From: Ignavibacteriota bacterium
GTDB lineage: Bacteria; Bacteroidota; Ignavibacteria; Palsa-1295
Length of the DNA: 64,000 bases
Direction of reading: 5' to 3'
NCBI GenBank assembly: GCA_963787835.1
Contig: CAWBEI010000002.1
Coordinates: forward strand, 608,001-672,000
In this document: positions 18,897-28,176 of the stretch, one piece after another
Layout: each line of letters starts with the position of its first letter
How positions within the stretch are numbered: the first letter of the stretch is position 1
The notes under the pieces: generated by a model
Database searches by the model: none
Seen by the model: only the letters and a program-made list of their open reading frames with translations
What the model was told of the DNA's origin: nothing
Made by a program: the position numbers and the translations under genes

Positions 18897-20456
18897 TTAT
18901 TGGGTCTGCAAAATAAATTCCACCCTCCTGTTTTGCGCGCGCCCTTCCTCGGTGGTGTTCGTGGCGATGGGTTTTGCGGAGCCGTAACCGATCGTAGATA
19001 GCCGCTCCGGCGCAATGCCGTTCTCGGTGAGGTAGGCCACCACTGCCTCGGCGCGACCGCTTGCAAGCTTAACATTATGCTTTTCGGTGCCCGTGCTATC
19101 GGTATATCCCGCGATCTGAAGCTTGAATTCCGGGTGTGCTATGAGCAATTCTTTTACGCGGCCGAGTTCCGTGAACGAGGCCGGAAGCAGTGTTGCCTTA
19201 TCGGTCTCAAAGAAGACATTCTTCATCGTGATGGCAGTGCCGCTTTCGATCTTGTTCAACCGCAGGTCCCGCTCGACCGACTGAAATGTGGATAGTTTTG
19301 TGAGATCGATATTCTCGCTCGTTGGAAAATATCCTTCTCGTTCGGCGCGAATGCTATAGTTCTCACCGGCGGGCAACGAGATCTGGTATTCGCCGGACGC
19401 TGGATCGCTTCGGGCCGTACCAAGCAACGTTCCATCTCGCAGCCGCTCGTACCTAATTTGCGCGGCGATGGGCTTTCCGGCTCCATCGGTTACGTTCCCA
19501 TGAATGAGCGCAACAGCCATTTCCCGTTCCACGCGCACGCGGAAAATATCGCTCTGGTCACCAGCGGTACGTTTCCATGCAATGAATGCATACGTCCCTG
19601 CGGCATCTTCCGTATAATAACTGGTGCGACCAGGACGGTTGACCGATCGTCCAAGATTTTCGGGCTTTGACCAATGCTGCCAGGTATCATCCAACCGTCG
19701 GGAACGATAGACGTCCACATCCCCAACTTCGCCCGGACGGTCACTGGAAAAATAAAGCGTCCGGTTATCGGATGCAAGATAGGGCGTCATTTCAGCATAC
19801 CGGCTATTGATGTCAGAGCCGAGCCATAGCGGAGTCTTCCACGAATGGGACGAATCGTCGAAAAAACTGACATACAGATCACGATCACCCAGAGAAGAAT
19901 CCCGATCGACCGCCATCAGGAGTGTCCGCTGATTCGGCCCGAAACTATAATCGGTATATAGTCCATGCGCATGAAGATTCTGTATCTTGATCGCCTCGGG
20001 GATGGACCATCCTGTCGATGTTCTGTGCGTCACATATACCCGTTCATCCGGCGGCGAATCGCTGTGCATTTTGCCGATGAGATAGAGTGTGTTGTTGTCG
20101 GGTGAAACGGAACTTACGGCAATGCCATACGCACTCGCAAGATTTCCTCCGACTAATTGTGGCGCGGAAAAAACGGAATCATTCGTTATATGGCTCGCCC
20201 AAATATCAAAGACGGTACTGGAATCCATCCCAAGCCTGGTTCGCGTAAAATACAGCGTTTTTCCGTCGGCAGAAATGACAGGGAGCAGTTCACTTTGGTC
20301 GGGTGTGCTGATCGAAAGCGGGAGTTTTTGAAAGCCGCTCTGCGCGTTTGCTGAAAGGATGAAGCATGAAGAATGAAATATGAAAAGAAAGGCCGCTGCA
20401 GTTGCGTGCAAGAGGAAGCTTTTGTTCGGTTTTATTATACAGCGATGGATAGTCAT
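18897..20456 (-). CDS. PD40/WD40-like propeller + carboxypeptidase-regulatory-like + OmpA_C protein (PorE-like)
   Basis: PVISADGKTLYF, LYFSSDRPG repeats; NVFFETDKATL, GYTDSTG...N..L...RA, GRAQNRRVEF. Confidence 0.9.
   Translation of the reverse strand: MTIHRCIIKPNKSFLLHATAAAFLFIFHSSCFILSANAQSGFQKLPLSISTPDQSELLPVISADGKTLYFTRTRLGMDSSTVFDIWASHITNDSVFSAPQLVGGNLASAYGIAVSSVSPDNNTLYLIGKMHSDSPPDERVYVTHRTSTGWSIPEAIKIQNLHAHGLYTDYSFGPNQRTLLMAVDRDSSLGDRDLYVSFFDDSSHSWKTPLWLGSDINSRYAEMTPYLASDNRTLYFSSDRPGEVGDVDVYRSRRLDDTWQHWSKPENLGRSVNRPGRTSYYTEDAAGTYAFIAWKRTAGDQSDIFRVRVEREMAVALIHGNVTDGAGKPIAAQIRYERLRDGTLLGTARSDPASGEYQISLPAGENYSIRAEREGYFPTSENIDLTKLSTFQSVERDLRLNKIESGTAITMKNVFFETDKATLLPASFTELGRVKELLIAHPEFKLQIAGYTDSTGTEKHNVKLASGRAEAVVAYLTENGIAPERLSTIGYGSAKPIATNTTEEGRAQNRRVEFILQTQ
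20356..20386. repeat. Heptamer tandem repeat (ARNATGA x4) within the OmpA-protein signal peptide
   Basis: aggatga agcatga agaatga aatatga aaa; minus strand reads FIFHSSCFIL. Confidence 0.65.
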
Positions 20457-20508
20457 AGATCGGGGTTGTGCAACAAACTTTTATCCCTATTTGTCCGGTT
20501 TAGGGAAC

Positions 20509-23500
20509 ATGGCATTCCAAGATCTGCACCCGAATTTGTCTATTCATTCGAAATGGTGGTTATTAGTTGTTTTCCTGTTCCTGTTTCAGGGTCTTTTCCT
20601 ATTTCAGAATACAGGGATTGCACAAACCACGACTTCTGACGCACATTCTTCTGTCACTCCTAAACCGGCCATCCATCCTCACAAAAAGCATGGACGCCAT
20701 CGCAGAAAACATTTGCGCCCAGCCAAGAAGCCAGCGTTGATCCAAAGCCAGATCAGCCCTAAGATCCAAAGCCCGATGAAGTTCCACACCCCGCGCCCCG
20801 GCGCAGGTGGAGAAGAACGAAGCGACAAGTGGTTCTATCTCCGGCGCGCGTGGCCGAACCAAACGATCGATCCTTCCTTCTATCCTAATGCGCTTGCTCA
20901 GGCTGCAAAAATGCCAGTGCTCTCACAGCACGTTGGAAAAGATGGCACGCTCTCCGAGATGCAATGGCAGAGCATCGGCCCCAATTCGATCGATGGCCGC
21001 GTGACCTGTGTCGCCACACATCCTACGGATTCCAACACATTTTATATCGGCGCCGCTGCCGGAGGGCTCTGGAAAACCACCGATCACGGCGGAAGCTGGA
21101 CGTGCGTGACCGATACCTTCGGCAGTTTACCTGTTGGATGCGTAACCATCGATCCCACGCAACCGCAAACGATCTACCTCGGGCTTGGCGAATGCAATGA
21201 AAGCGGTGATTCCTATCCTGGCGATGGCCTTTGGAAATCTACGGACGGCGGGAACTCGTGGAGCTACCTTGGATTTGCGGCGGCGCAATATATTGCAAAA
21301 GTGCTCATTGACCCACGAAATCATGAGCAATTGTTCGTCGCAAGCCCTGGGCCGAATAGTTCCTCCGATACCAACCGCGGAATTTTTCGATCTACCGATG
21401 GCGGCGCAACCTGGACTCGTTCACTTTCGGGCGGCTTCTCGGCTCCTGCTGTCAACGGATGTTCGGTCGATACCATTCGTGCAGGTTTTATCGACGTAGC
21501 CATGAACCCTAACAACTCTGGCGAACTCGTTGCAGCAGCCTGGGACCATTCATTAACGATCGGCGCAGGGTTCTGCCCCGGTGGATCGGGTGGGCCAAAT
21601 ACCGGCATCTATCGTTCTACCGATACGGGCAAGACATGGGCGAGGATCGATACACTCTCCAACGGTCTTCCCAACGGCAAGAAATATGGCGTGCTTGGCC
21701 GTATCGCATTTTTGTGGACGGTGGCGCTCGGCGAGGTTACGACACCGGATTATCTTTTTGCCGGATACATTCGCACGGACACGAATCCCGTTACCCATGT
21801 TTTGAGCGATGAAAATTTCGAGGGGTTATACCGCTCGTCCGATGAGGGCATATCGTGGACAAAAGTACTTGATTCCACCATAAAGATCCCGATGGGTGGC
21901 ATTCAAAATAAGGACAGCGCGAATATCACGAACGCACAGGGAGGTTACGATTTCTTTCTGGCGGCGGGACCGATTACCACTCCCGTCGGAAGCCCCAATA
22001 TTTATATTGGTGGGATCGATATTTTCCGTTCCACCGATCTGGGACTTACGTTCTCAAACATAACGACTTCCTATCTCAATTATTACGCGAAAGATAATAG
22101 GGAGCAGCATTCCGATCAGCATGGGCTGGCGTTCACCGCTGCGACATCGGGAACCGATATGATCGTTGTTTCCGATGGCGGGGTGTTTAACACGCATGAT
22201 TTTGGAACAAACTGGAGCCAGACGAAAGGCCTTCCCATCACGATGTTCTACTCCATCTTGCCCTGGGCGCCCGGCATGGTCAATACGCCGGCAACCATTT
22301 CGGCGTCCGATCTGAAAGTGCTGGGCGGTACGCAGGATAATGGCACCGACGCGCACGGATTGACAAGCAGTTCTGAGTCTTTCGCAACCGACTCCGATTT
22401 TGCATGGATCAGTCAGGGCGATGGAGGAATGTGCGCTTCGCTGCCTGCCGATTCGACGAAGCTTATTACTTCCGCAGCGATAGGAGCCATTTTTGCACGC
22501 AATACTTTGGACTCGCTGGTGCCCAATCCACTCGGAACGTTCGACACCACGCACGACACGCTCCCCAGATGGCATACGCTTTCCACCCGATTGCTGTATG
22601 GCACTGACCGGTTGACCGATACCAATGAGTCCGCAGGATTTGTCGTCCCGATCGTGCTGGATAACGAGCGCATCACCGATCTTTATACCGCCCGGTGCCA
22701 TATCTATCATGCTGTGCTGGACTGGAACGACCTGGAGAATACAAAGTGGTACGACTGGTCGCCGGTGATCGCTGGGGACATTACAGATGATTCCATTTGG
22801 TATTACGGCGATATTGAAACCATCGCCCTCGGCCCGCGCGATGCCTCTGGCAATCCCATGCTTTGGGCTGGCGGTTACAGCGCAACCGCCGGAACGGAAG
22901 TGTGGCGAACGTATGTCAATCCGGCGCGCGCCGATACCGCTCCGCCCAAATGGGTCTCAAAGAGGACTGGAGTGCCAACCGTTAACGTCGCGCAGATCGT
23001 ACCGGATCGAAGCGATTCGCTGACAGCCTTCCTCTGTACCTCCGCAGCATCGAACGTCGATCATGTGATGAAAACGATCAATGGCGGCACACGCTGGACG
23101 GATATTTCCGGGAATCTTCCCGAATCGCCCGTGAGCGCCATCGTGATCGATACGCTGGCGGAACAAGGGAACCCCTTGCTAAAAAATCAATGCATCATCG
23201 CCGCTACGGACGTCGGTGTGTTTGTGACGACCAACGGCGGTGCCCAATGGGAACAACTTGGAACCGGCTTGCCGCACATGATCGTCACCGATCTCAAGAT
23301 CTATAAGAACATGCTGATCGCCTCCGTCTATGGCCGTTCGCTCTGGGCATTAGATATCAGTGGCATTCAGGCAGTTCAATCTGGTGTGGCTTCGGATGTA
23401 GTGAGCGCACTGCCCTCCATCTCCATTTTCCCGAATCCAGTGCTCGGAAGTCAGGTGTTTTCTCTCTCCTTATCGGGGAGCGATCGACCCGTTACCTCAT

Positions 23501-23673
23501 GCCGTCTCATTCAGGAATCGAGCGGGGAAACATTCGGTGCAACGATACAAAATAATACTGCCGGTTCGTATAATGTTGTGCCGGCAACGAAACTTGCTGC
23601 CGGAGCCTACCTCGTCCAAATTTTCAACGAGAACCAACTGATCGGACAGAATCGTGTTTCGATCATACCGTAA
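20509..23673 (+). CDS. T9SS-secreted VPS10/BNR beta-propeller protein (glycosyl hydrolase-like)
   Basis: WQSIGP..IDGRV, GGLWKTTDHGGSW, HSDQH, GGTQDNG, ASVYGRSLW; FPNP...AGAYLVQI CTD; start uncertain. Confidence 0.88.
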   Translation: MAFQDLHPNLSIHSKWWLLVVFLFLFQGLFLFQNTGIAQTTTSDAHSSVTPKPAIHPHKKHGRHRRKHLRPAKKPALIQSQISPKIQSPMKFHTPRPGAGGEERSDKWFYLRRAWPNQTIDPSFYPNALAQAAKMPVLSQHVGKDGTLSEMQWQSIGPNSIDGRVTCVATHPTDSNTFYIGAAAGGLWKTTDHGGSWTCVTDTFGSLPVGCVTIDPTQPQTIYLGLGECNESGDSYPGDGLWKSTDGGNSWSYLGFAAAQYIAKVLIDPRNHEQLFVASPGPNSSSDTNRGIFRSTDGGATWTRSLSGGFSAPAVNGCSVDTIRAGFIDVAMNPNNSGELVAAAWDHSLTIGAGFCPGGSGGPNTGIYRSTDTGKTWARIDTLSNGLPNGKKYGVLGRIAFLWTVALGEVTTPDYLFAGYIRTDTNPVTHVLSDENFEGLYRSSDEGISWTKVLDSTIKIPMGGIQNKDSANITNAQGGYDFFLAAGPITTPVGSPNIYIGGIDIFRSTDLGLTFSNITTSYLNYYAKDNREQHSDQHGLAFTAATSGTDMIVVSDGGVFNTHDFGTNWSQTKGLPITMFYSILPWAPGMVNTPATISASDLKVLGGTQDNGTDAHGLTSSSESFATDSDFAWISQGDGGMCASLPADSTKLITSAAIGAIFARNTLDSLVPNPLGTFDTTHDTLPRWHTLSTRLLYGTDRLTDTNESAGFVVPIVLDNERITDLYTARCHIYHAVLDWNDLENTKWYDWSPVIAGDITDDSIWYYGDIETIALGPRDASGNPMLWAGGYSATAGTEVWRTYVNPARADTAPPKWVSKRTGVPTVNVAQIVPDRSDSLTAFLCTSAASNVDHVMKTINGGTRWTDISGNLPESPVSAIVIDTLAEQGNPLLKNQCIIAATDVGVFVTTNGGAQWEQLGTGLPHMIVTDLKIYKNMLIASVYGRSLWALDISGIQAVQSGVASDVVSALPSISIFPNPVLGSQVFSLSLSGSDRPVTSCRLIQESSGETFGATIQNNTAGSYNVVPATKLAAGAYLVQIFNENQLIGQNRVSIIP

Positions 23674-23680
23674 CGCCGGC

Positions 23681-24712
23681 ATGTCGATCATGAACGATGA
23701 ACCCGCGTTGACAAGGCATCGTGAACTCGCTCGATCCTTACGACGGATATCGAGGAACATTTTCTGCAGGGCGCTCGCGGGTTTTCTCCTTTTTGCTTCC
23801 GTTCCCTTTTTGTCTGCGAGCGCCCAGCAGCGTCATAAGCCGGGGCACACACCGCAGATCAAACCCGATATGCTGACCCTGCGCTACAAACCGCAGGCCG
23901 GTACGCTGCTCTATAACATTCACACATCGATCAATCAAAATGTCCATTCGGGGTCGAGCGATTTCAAAGGTGTGCTTGGCAGCGCTGCGCAGATCGCATT
24001 TCATAATCTGGCGATCGATTATAAAAAGGGAATCTGGAGCTTTGAAGAATATTTCACCAAATTCGATGTCGCCGGTCATGACATCTGGGGGGATTCTATT
24101 TCGTTGAATGAAAGCTGGGCGGTCAATCGAATTTCCGATCTCACCTACGATATGCAGGGGGACGAGTTAAGCAACATTATCCGGGACACCCTAAAATTGC
24201 TCAATGCGGAAGCACAGACCAACGCCTATTTCTTCGAACCTCCGCGCATGCTTATTCCTTTGCCAGAACACACCGTCACCTACGGCGATACCTGGAACGA
24301 GCATCGAACGGATACCGTCCCCGTCCGGGACACGATCAACACCGGAACGACGACCGGAGAATATATTTATGATGTCTATCGCACATACCGCCTTGCACGG
24401 TTGCTCGATACCAACAATCGTTACTATGCCATCATCGTTGCAACCGATAGCGGTCTCTTCCAGGGCTTTCAGACGAATTCCGAAACGAAAGTCACCACAC
24501 AGGTCTCCGGTCCGATCGGCGGAACGGACACCACCGTTCTGGATCTTTTTTCAGGATGCGTGATCAAACGAACGCTCGATATGTCGATTCCAACCACGGT
24601 CACCATTGCATCCACCCCTCCATTCACGGACAAACTTACTGTTCACTCCGTGGTGAATCTGGATGAGTCCAATGCAACGATATTAAAGAACGATCCTCCC
24701 GAGCAGCACTGA
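23681..24712 (+). CDS. Hypothetical exported beta-rich protein
   Basis: Signal-like segment (ASAQ); LRYKP, PLPEHTVTYGDTW; start uncertain. Confidence 0.7.
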   Translation: MSIMNDEPALTRHRELARSLRRISRNIFCRALAGFLLFASVPFLSASAQQRHKPGHTPQIKPDMLTLRYKPQAGTLLYNIHTSINQNVHSGSSDFKGVLGSAAQIAFHNLAIDYKKGIWSFEEYFTKFDVAGHDIWGDSISLNESWAVNRISDLTYDMQGDELSNIIRDTLKLLNAEAQTNAYFFEPPRMLIPLPEHTVTYGDTWNEHRTDTVPVRDTINTGTTTGEYIYDVYRTYRLARLLDTNNRYYAIIVATDSGLFQGFQTNSETKVTTQVSGPIGGTDTTVLDLFSGCVIKRTLDMSIPTTVTIASTPPFTDKLTVHSVVNLDESNATILKNDPPEQH

Positions 24713-24723
24713 ATCCACGCGCC

Positions 24724-26271
24724 TCACGGCCTGATGCTATGAGGCGCAATCGTGATCTTATGAAGGTCGGCCGAAGCATCGAGCGTGATCGAAAGCTGGT
24801 TCCCTTCCAGCGTGGCTTGTTCGTTGATCGATCCGAGTTCGCAAACAAACCCATTATAGAGTAGATCGAATCCGGTATCGTAGTGTGTGGGCTGCCATGG
24901 ATGTCCGCCGACGACAGGCACATAGATCACCGTTGGCGCATCGATAGGTTTGCCACGCAGCACCAGTTCGAATTTCCTGGACCGCAGGTTAAAATGCTGA
25001 TGTACGGGCTCCGCGCTTGCAGCCATAACGTAAGGCCGAACAGCTACGTCCAAATTTCGCAACACTCTTCCGGCATCACCCGGATTCTTTGGCGGAACGT
25101 TCGATCTCGTACCAATGAGTGAAAAGTCCTCGCGCATAAAACCATCGTTACGGTCATGGGTATTATAAAGGTTCACATTCCAATAGGTGGCATTCACAAG
25201 AGCTTGTTCGACGGATTCGAATTGCCAATCCATGTGGCGGCGGACGACGGATCGCGCCCAATTCTGGCGGGTTCCGAACTCGGTCAGGAATGGGACCATC
25301 CCCTTTTCGTGCGCGCGCTTCACGCCGAGCCGCTGCGCATCGCGATATTCCTCCCGTTTGGAGTCGTGAAACCAACGGCCCCCAAGTGCAGTGAGCAAGG
25401 AATCGTAATAGTGATACGCAAAAACGATCCGGTCGTCATGCTCAGCAGCCGGTAGATAGGATTCGTACGCCCGACTGCTCCTAAGGTTGACATTCCAATC
25501 ACTTTGCGGAGCAACAAATGCAAAAAGGCTCGGCGAATGCCTTCGGATGCGATGAATAGCGTCGGCATAAAATACCCGAAGCACTTCCGCTTCGAAGGTT
25601 CGTGTATCCAACATCGCAGGATGCGGTTCGTTAAAGACTTCAATTCCCAGCACGCGGTCGCACTTCGAAACCGTTTCGGCAACCCGTTCGAGCATATCCA
25701 AAAACCGGTCGCGTACCGGAAAATTGTCCAGCGGAGGGTCAACCGAATGATTGGTGAGGTCATTCTTCCAAAAGTCGGTAAATGTTTTGCGAAGATGCCG
25801 GTTGAATTCATAGTTCGCGCCCCATAGTGGGGTATCGGTAAGGAAGCTAAATTTCCTTGTGCCTTCCGAGCGAACCCAATCCGGCATTCCATTCCCGCCA
25901 AACGCTTTGCCGATCAGATCCTGGTGAAGATCGATAATAATAAGAAATCCTTTCTCCGCAAAAAGGCAAAGATACTCGAAAAATGTTTGAAGATACTCCT
26001 CGTCATATTCCGGCATGGTGGGATTGCAGTGTGGTTCGAATGCCGCCCAGAAAAAGGGAAGCCGGATCGTCGTGAACCCGCAGGCACGCAACAGATCGAT
26101 ATAGGTCTCGTATTTTACCCAATCTTCGGGCGATCGAAACGGTAGATGCGGCGGAAGTTTTGCCGATGGGCCAAAGGATACGCCGCGCAAGAGCAGCCAG
26201 CGGCCATCGGCATGGCGAAACCATCTGCCGTCACTGAGGATCTCGGGCGTTTCGGGTTGTAGGAATTGCAA
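24724..26271 (-). CDS. Glycoside hydrolase family 5, endoglycoceramidase-like
   Basis: GRWLLLRGV, IRLPFFWAAFEP, DLHQD, GNGMPDW, FNEP (acid/base), HYY, TEFG (nucleophile), VRPY; no signal peptide. Confidence 0.88.
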   Translation of the reverse strand: MQFLQPETPEILSDGRWFRHADGRWLLLRGVSFGPSAKLPPHLPFRSPEDWVKYETYIDLLRACGFTTIRLPFFWAAFEPHCNPTMPEYDEEYLQTFFEYLCLFAEKGFLIIIDLHQDLIGKAFGGNGMPDWVRSEGTRKFSFLTDTPLWGANYEFNRHLRKTFTDFWKNDLTNHSVDPPLDNFPVRDRFLDMLERVAETVSKCDRVLGIEVFNEPHPAMLDTRTFEAEVLRVFYADAIHRIRRHSPSLFAFVAPQSDWNVNLRSSRAYESYLPAAEHDDRIVFAYHYYDSLLTALGGRWFHDSKREEYRDAQRLGVKRAHEKGMVPFLTEFGTRQNWARSVVRRHMDWQFESVEQALVNATYWNVNLYNTHDRNDGFMREDFSLIGTRSNVPPKNPGDAGRVLRNLDVAVRPYVMAASAEPVHQHFNLRSRKFELVLRGKPIDAPTVIYVPVVGGHPWQPTHYDTGFDLLYNGFVCELGSINEQATLEGNQLSITLDASADLHKITIAPHSIRP

Positions 26272-26337
26272 GGGAAAACCAGCACTACCTTTTTATATAG
26301 GAAGGAAGTTCCGCAAGAGTAGGGAGAAGATCTAATA

Positions 26338-27453
26338 ATGTCATTTTTAACGACATGGAATACAAACGGAACTATCCAATGTTTCTTGCGTAGTAGGTTT
26401 TTTAGTAAGTACGATGTCGGGCATTTAACTGATTTTGATTTGCCAATAAGATTTCCCTTCGCTCTTCTCCTCGTTTTGATTGGCGGGATTTTTAGCCCCG
26501 CACTCTCTCAGTCTCTTAAACCTGCCGCCGCCGATTCCTCGGCAAACATTGCTGGAAAAGCAAAGTCAGACACTTCGCTCCTTTCCCAGGTCACTCCCTC
26601 TCCTACATCAAACGACATCGATCGCCGAGCCGAGCCCGGAATCTTCGATTTTATCACCAATCTCCCCATGGATTGGCGGGACTGGGCTGTGAACAGCTTC
26701 CAGCTTCAATATTGGCCGCAATACACTGCCATTGCGGTATCCACTGCCGCGATGATCGTCTATGACAACCAAATGTGGAAGCCGTTCGAAAAAGAGTATA
26801 ACAAGAACAGCACCTTCCAAACGGCCTCGGATCTGTTCGTGGATGTCGGAGATGGCCGGTTCCAGTTCGGTCTCGCAGGCGGCTATCTTGTCTATGGAGT
26901 GATAGCCGGCGATGCGCGTGCGCTACGAACAGCCTCGCAAGTGTGTGAAGTGATCCTCGCTTCGGGCGGTGTGGTTCAACTGCTCAAGCATGTAACAGGC
27001 CGTGAAAGCCCGATCGATATTACTTACAACCCAACCGGCCGGTGGGACTGGTTTCCGAATCAGATCGACTACCTCTATCATACATCGCACTATGATGCAT
27101 TCCCGTCCGGGCACCTTACAACCGCACTTGCCACGCTAACCGTCATTGGCAATAATTATCCGGAACAGAAATGGATAAATCCTGTCGGCTATGCAGTGTG
27201 CGCCGGGCTTTCCGTCGGCCTGGTAGCCCAAAGTGTCCATTGGTGGAGCGATTTCCCGCTTGCGATCGCGCTCGGCATCGGTTTTGGAGATGTTGTTTCA
27301 CCCAATCCAAATGGTGATGTCAGTGTTCCCCAGCCAACGAAGAAGAATATGGGAATGATAGAATCAACCGTTCACACCCTCATGGCGCAAACGACGATCG
27401 TCCCCACCATGGAGCCTGGCGGCGGCGGACTTTCTATGATCGTGAAGTTCTAA
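26338..27453 (+). CDS. PAP2-family phosphatase
   Basis: KHVTGRESP, FPSGH, HWWSD motifs; true start may be TTG 26440. Confidence 0.85.
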   Translation: MSFLTTWNTNGTIQCFLRSRFFSKYDVGHLTDFDLPIRFPFALLLVLIGGIFSPALSQSLKPAAADSSANIAGKAKSDTSLLSQVTPSPTSNDIDRRAEPGIFDFITNLPMDWRDWAVNSFQLQYWPQYTAIAVSTAAMIVYDNQMWKPFEKEYNKNSTFQTASDLFVDVGDGRFQFGLAGGYLVYGVIAGDARALRTASQVCEVILASGGVVQLLKHVTGRESPIDITYNPTGRWDWFPNQIDYLYHTSHYDAFPSGHLTTALATLTVIGNNYPEQKWINPVGYAVCAGLSVGLVAQSVHWWSDFPLAIALGIGFGDVVSPNPNGDVSVPQPTKKNMGMIESTVHTLMAQTTIVPTMEPGGGGLSMIVKF

Positions 27454-27462
27454 TTCGCCACA

Positions 27463-28116
27463 TTACCGTGCAAGCACCTGATAGGAAACTGCCCCGTGCT
27501 TACGGATCGATTTGATATGGGCCTTGGTGTTTCCATCAGCCCGCAGATCGGCAAGCCGTTCTTCCGCCTCGAAATTACTGGACGTTTGAAGCACCGGATG
27601 CACGGTGGCTTTATGCACGGTATGTGGTGATGTGATCTGTGAGCTTACCGCCGCTTCGGGTGGTAATTCGCCGGGTGGGACGACCGTTGGTTGAAATGGA
27701 GGCGCTGACTGATCGTCGGTTGTATCTTTCTGATTGTTCCTTACGGAATCAGCCGGTTTAGGAATAGAGCGAATATCCTGAGCGACCCTTCGATCGCTCC
27801 GTTGCTGGAAAAATCCTTGTTTAAGCGAAAATGCAATAGCAAGCCCTATTAATAAGATCGCGAAAATGATCACCTGGGACGTTCCGCTCAGTGGTTGTGG
27901 GCGTGAAGACGCAGCCGGTGATGCATCCACTGGCTTGGCACTTGCGATCGGCACAGGCTCCGTTGGGCGCACGACCGCAGGAGCTACCGCGTCCCCCGAA
28001 TATTCAGAATGAGTTTGGGTAAGCAAATGCTCGATGTCCGCGCGGGTCATGCCAAACCGTTCTGCTAACCGCGCAGTCCGTTCACTGTTTGATGGTTGAT
28101 TGGGACGCTCCGCCAT
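27463..28116 (-). CDS. Membrane-anchored protein with a C-terminal SPOR-like domain
   Basis: One TM helix, Pro-rich linker, C-terminal QTSSNFEAEERLADLRADG...YQV. Confidence 0.6.
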   Translation of the reverse strand: MAERPNQPSNSERTARLAERFGMTRADIEHLLTQTHSEYSGDAVAPAVVRPTEPVPIASAKPVDASPAASSRPQPLSGTSQVIIFAILLIGLAIAFSLKQGFFQQRSDRRVAQDIRSIPKPADSVRNNQKDTTDDQSAPPFQPTVVPPGELPPEAAVSSQITSPHTVHKATVHPVLQTSSNFEAEERLADLRADGNTKAHIKSIRKHGAVSYQVLAR

Positions 28117-28176
28117 AATCGAATTTGGTAACGGAGAGGGTTTCTATTATAGTTCGAAGCCAGAAGGGATTTTCTA

